From positions 4,092,001-4,156,000 of the forward strand of contig NC_089435.1 in NCBI RefSeq assembly GCF_026210795.1: a stretch of DNA of 64,000 bases, read 5' to 3'. Below the pieces are notes generated by a model. It had not been told where the DNA came from. It saw nothing but the letters and a program-made list of their open reading frames with translations, and did no database searches. This stretch comes from Rhizophagus irregularis. Taxonomy: Eukaryota. Position 1 is the stretch's first letter. The number at the start of each line of letters is the position of its first letter. This document shows, in pieces, positions 60,737-64,000 of this stretch. The position numbers and the translations under genes were made by a program.

Positions 60737-60920
60737 CAGTCTAACCTTGATATACCGATATTCGATATACCAATATACTATTAAAAACTTGATATACTGA
60801 TAAAATTTTATTTTCCCACTATATATGAGAACATATAAATATCGGTATAACTTTGATATAACAATATTTTCTAAAAATTTCATATATGTCCCGACATATC
60901 ATTATATAAAGGTTTGACTG
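60737..60920. mobile_element. Tc1/mariner-type MITE
   Basis: TIRs CAGTCTAACCTTGATATA / TATATAAAGGTTTGACTG, flanked by TA. Confidence 0.75.
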
Positions 60921-62335
60921 TACATGTGACTTATCAATTCAATTTACCGATCGATAATCAATTTTTATTAAAAAAAATGGGTTATAAAAACCGTTATTCA
61001 TTTTATTTAAAAAACTTTTTTTTTTGTCCAAACAGTCTTATTATACCATTGAATTTTTTATTTTATTTTTTTTTTAGGTACAGCTTTTGGACTTGAAATT
61101 CGTAAAATGGTAAGTTATAGAGAAAAGTGTTGTATTAATAATTCTTTTAATATAAGAACATTAACTTCTTTTCTTTTCTTTTTTGTAGGAACGAATCTTT
61201 CAGCACATGGCTTTTTGAGGTAATGTGAGGAAAGGGTGGAGTTTTCAATACAAGAACTACAAGAACATTAACTAGCGTTCTTTTCTTTTCTTTTTTTGTA
61301 AGAACGGACTGGCTTCTAATGTTTGAAGGTAATCAAAATAATTTTTTTTTTATAATTATTTAACGAAACGTTACTAACATTTTGATTCTTTTTTTTTTTA
61401 GATTTGGAAAGTCCAGATTTGGAATGTGTGCAAGTATATGTTGACGGGAATTGGAGAGTAATTTTTTTAATATATAAAAGAAACGTACTAACGTTTCTAC
61501 TATTTTCTTTAGGTTGCCAGACTCATTAGACGAACTTGGAGATAACTAGGTTTTGGTTGCTTGTTGGACATTCTGAAGCAGTAATTATGTATGAAAGGTA
61601 GGAAGGGTAAAATTTAATGATAAAGTAAAATAGTAGACTTGATAATTGCTCATAATAGAAGTCTGAATAACGGAAAGGGTTAGACAGAAATGAAATTAAT
61701 TAACAAATAAATGAAGTTAAAAAAAATGTGTGCCGCGTATGTACTGGTAATTATAATTTATTAATTAAATTAGATTTTAAATTAAATTAAATCAATAAAT
61801 AAATAAAAATTGAATAAATAAATAAATAAAAAATAAATAAAAATATTCTACATGATTATATTAATTATAAATACAATTATACAAATTATACGATAGTAAA
61901 ACAAAATAGTAGTTCGAGCCAAATTATTCCGAGCCAAAATTTATTAAAGTTCAGTTCAGCTCATTTGTTTCAAGTTAAGAATTATTATAGCTTGGCTTAT
62001 ATCAAGCTGAGCCATAGGAAATTTGTGGCTCAGCTCGGCTTGGCTCAGTACATTTTTTCAAGCCAAGCTCAAGCCAGACCTTAACTTGGCTCAAACCTTA
62101 GAACCCCATACGCAAAGCTTTAGATAGTACAAATAGTGTAACTATAAATATTAGTCAATCTAATCAAATTTATTATATGATAGAAGTGAATAATTTATAT
62201 AATTATATAAAATTTATTAGTAGGTTAAATCACTTAGGTTAAATCACCCCAGGTTAAAATTAATTTTATACATTTAAATAATACATTTATTAAACTTTAT
62301 TATATTTTCAGTATATAATTTTTCTTACTGGAATA

Positions 62336-62520
62336 CAGTTAAAGCTCGTTATAGTGAACTTTCTGTTTCACTATGTAATTTTTTTCCTTTTATTCACTAA
62401 AATGAGATTTATTAAGATATCAAAAGAAATTAATTATAAAGAAAAAAATCAATAGGTCACTATAATGCAATTTTACTTAATGTTCACTATAATGAGATTT
62501 ACTATAATGAGCTTTAACTG
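62336..62520. mobile_element. Tc1/mariner-type MITE
   Basis: TIRs CAGTTAAAGCTCGTTATAGT / ACTATAATGAGCTTTAACTG, flanked by TA. Confidence 0.8.
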
Positions 62521-62910
62521 TAGTAATCTTTAGCTATATATAAAAATATCTTGTTTATCCAAAATTTCATAATTAGTTAATTTATAAAGAAATGTTAAAC
62601 AATAATCTGAGACAATGCTAAAATAATATGAAATTGGTTTTAAAAAAAAAGTATTGAATAATATTTCGTGATCTTTAGATAATTTTGGCCAAATTTGTAA
62701 TTCTAGCCGAAATTAATATCACGTGATACCGGGAAAAATAGTTTAGCCGGCTAAGCATAGTAGCACGAAAATTTAATGTTACACAAATTTGTAATTCTGG
62801 CCGGCGTTATGAATTCTGGCCAGAATTATTGCCGATCAGTTGTAAATCCAATCCGGATAAAATCCGGATTTTTTTGTGTAATCCGGATGACGGTTTTCAT
62901 CCGGGTCGAA

Positions 62911-63215
62911 GCTTTAAAGGGTTCATTTGGTGATGTACGAAAACAGAACCTTCTTTTAGTGTCATTTATATTTCTAACAATCAATATTCATTTGTCTGTT
63001 TACTATGGTTTTGCTTTAAAAGGGTTATCATTTGGTGATGTACGAAAAAAATCCCTTCTTTTGTATCATTTATATTTCTAAAAATAAATATTCATTTGTC
63101 TCTTTGCAAGTTTACTATGGTTTTGCTTTAAAAGGGTTATCATTTGGTTATGTACGAAAAAATCCTTTCTTTTGGTGTCATTATAATTCTAAAAATCAAT
63201 ATTTAAATGATTCGA
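62911..63215 (+). repeat. Tandem repeat (~110-bp x3) upstream of the secreted protein gene
   Basis: Unit GCTTTAAAAGGGTTATCATTTGGTGATGTACGAAAA. Confidence 0.8.
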
Positions 63216-63361
63216 ATCCACCTTTCCTTTATTTCACTTTTCAACCTAACTAACAATCAATTAGTTTGCCTTTTCACTTATTTTACATGTAGGGTTTTTT
63301 GCAGTCTGTATAGTTTTCGTCTATTCGTATGTTGTTAATCTTTTACTCCCTTTAGATTACG

Positions 63362-63631
63362 ATGGGTCTTAACATTCTTAAGTTCTTCTCGGTTCTCTCA
63401 ATTTTTCTCTTCGTTGCTTCAGCATATCATCTGGCTGAACGTGCTGTTGTTACTTGTGATCACTGTGCACCAGTAAGTGGCATTGGTGATTGTAGTTCAA
63501 ATTCTTTCACAAGTATCAGTCAATGGGATTGCAGCGGATCTACTAATGCGATTTGCACTAGTTTATGTACTGGTTGTACTCTAACGTGCACGTCTGCTAC
63601 TTCAATTGCCTGGACTTGTAACTGCACATAA
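63362..63631 (+). CDS. Small secreted cysteine-rich protein, 89 aa
   Basis: Hydrophobic signal peptide ending VASA, short pro-region ending LAER, and 10 Cys in the ~62-aa mature part. Confidence 0.8.
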   Translation: MGLNILKFFSVLSIFLFVASAYHLAERAVVTCDHCAPVSGIGDCSSNSFTSISQWDCSGSTNAICTSLCTGCTLTCTSATSIAWTCNCT

Positions 63632-64000
63632 TTTTTCAATTATATCATATTCTGTATTCCTCTTATTTTTTCAATTACTTTTTTCAATTACTTTGAAATG
63701 TAACATATAATCAAAGAAATATTTCAATGTTTATGAAACAACAATAAAAAACACATAGTAAATCTATAATATCATAGTCGAGATACTTGAAATTTTTGCA
63801 GTGACCAATTTTTCAGTATTGCTTTTCTCGTGGTCAATTCAGAAACTAACAAATATGAAGAAATCACTACGGAAATTTCAAAGCCCGTTATATAAACATT
63901 GCATTATATCGATAATCCATGTAAGATGTGCCCTATATGTCCATCAGCCGGCGAGGAATTCGAAAGCGAAACTCTAAGGAATCCGAAAATAAGAAGGCAA

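Overview
AT-rich eukaryotic DNA with short GT-AG introns, most consistent with a fungal genome (Glomeromycota/Rhizophagus-like by inference from TE and protein style). Almost the whole window is nested transposons. The backbone is two related Polinton/Maverick-like elements. An inner element (14363-56409; ~390-bp TIRs with AGTAGT...ACTACT termini; AAGCGTA target-site duplication) is inserted into the integrase gene of an outer, diverged relative (from <1 to ~58443). After subtracting four nested insertions, the inner element is ~11.8 kb: TIR, F-box-like ORF, protein-primed PolB, rve integrase, coiled-coil/Gag/CCHC/aspartic protease (plus a -1-frame zinc finger), F-box/LRR, asfarvirus-type TBP-like protein, unknown ORF, TIR. 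It shows no reverse transcriptase, double-jelly-roll capsid, packaging ATPase or cysteine protease. The outer element shows the same pPolB / head-to-head Gag-PR + integrase architecture. Nested in these are CMC/CACTA-type, Plavaka, P-like and Sola2 transposons and several MITEs; a hAT remnant follows the outer element. Several of these TIR elements carry tandem arrays of non-coding micro-exons, and in some the 5' splice site and branch point lie in hairpins. One probable host gene, a small secreted Cys-rich protein, lies at the right end. All calls were made by eye; no searches were run.
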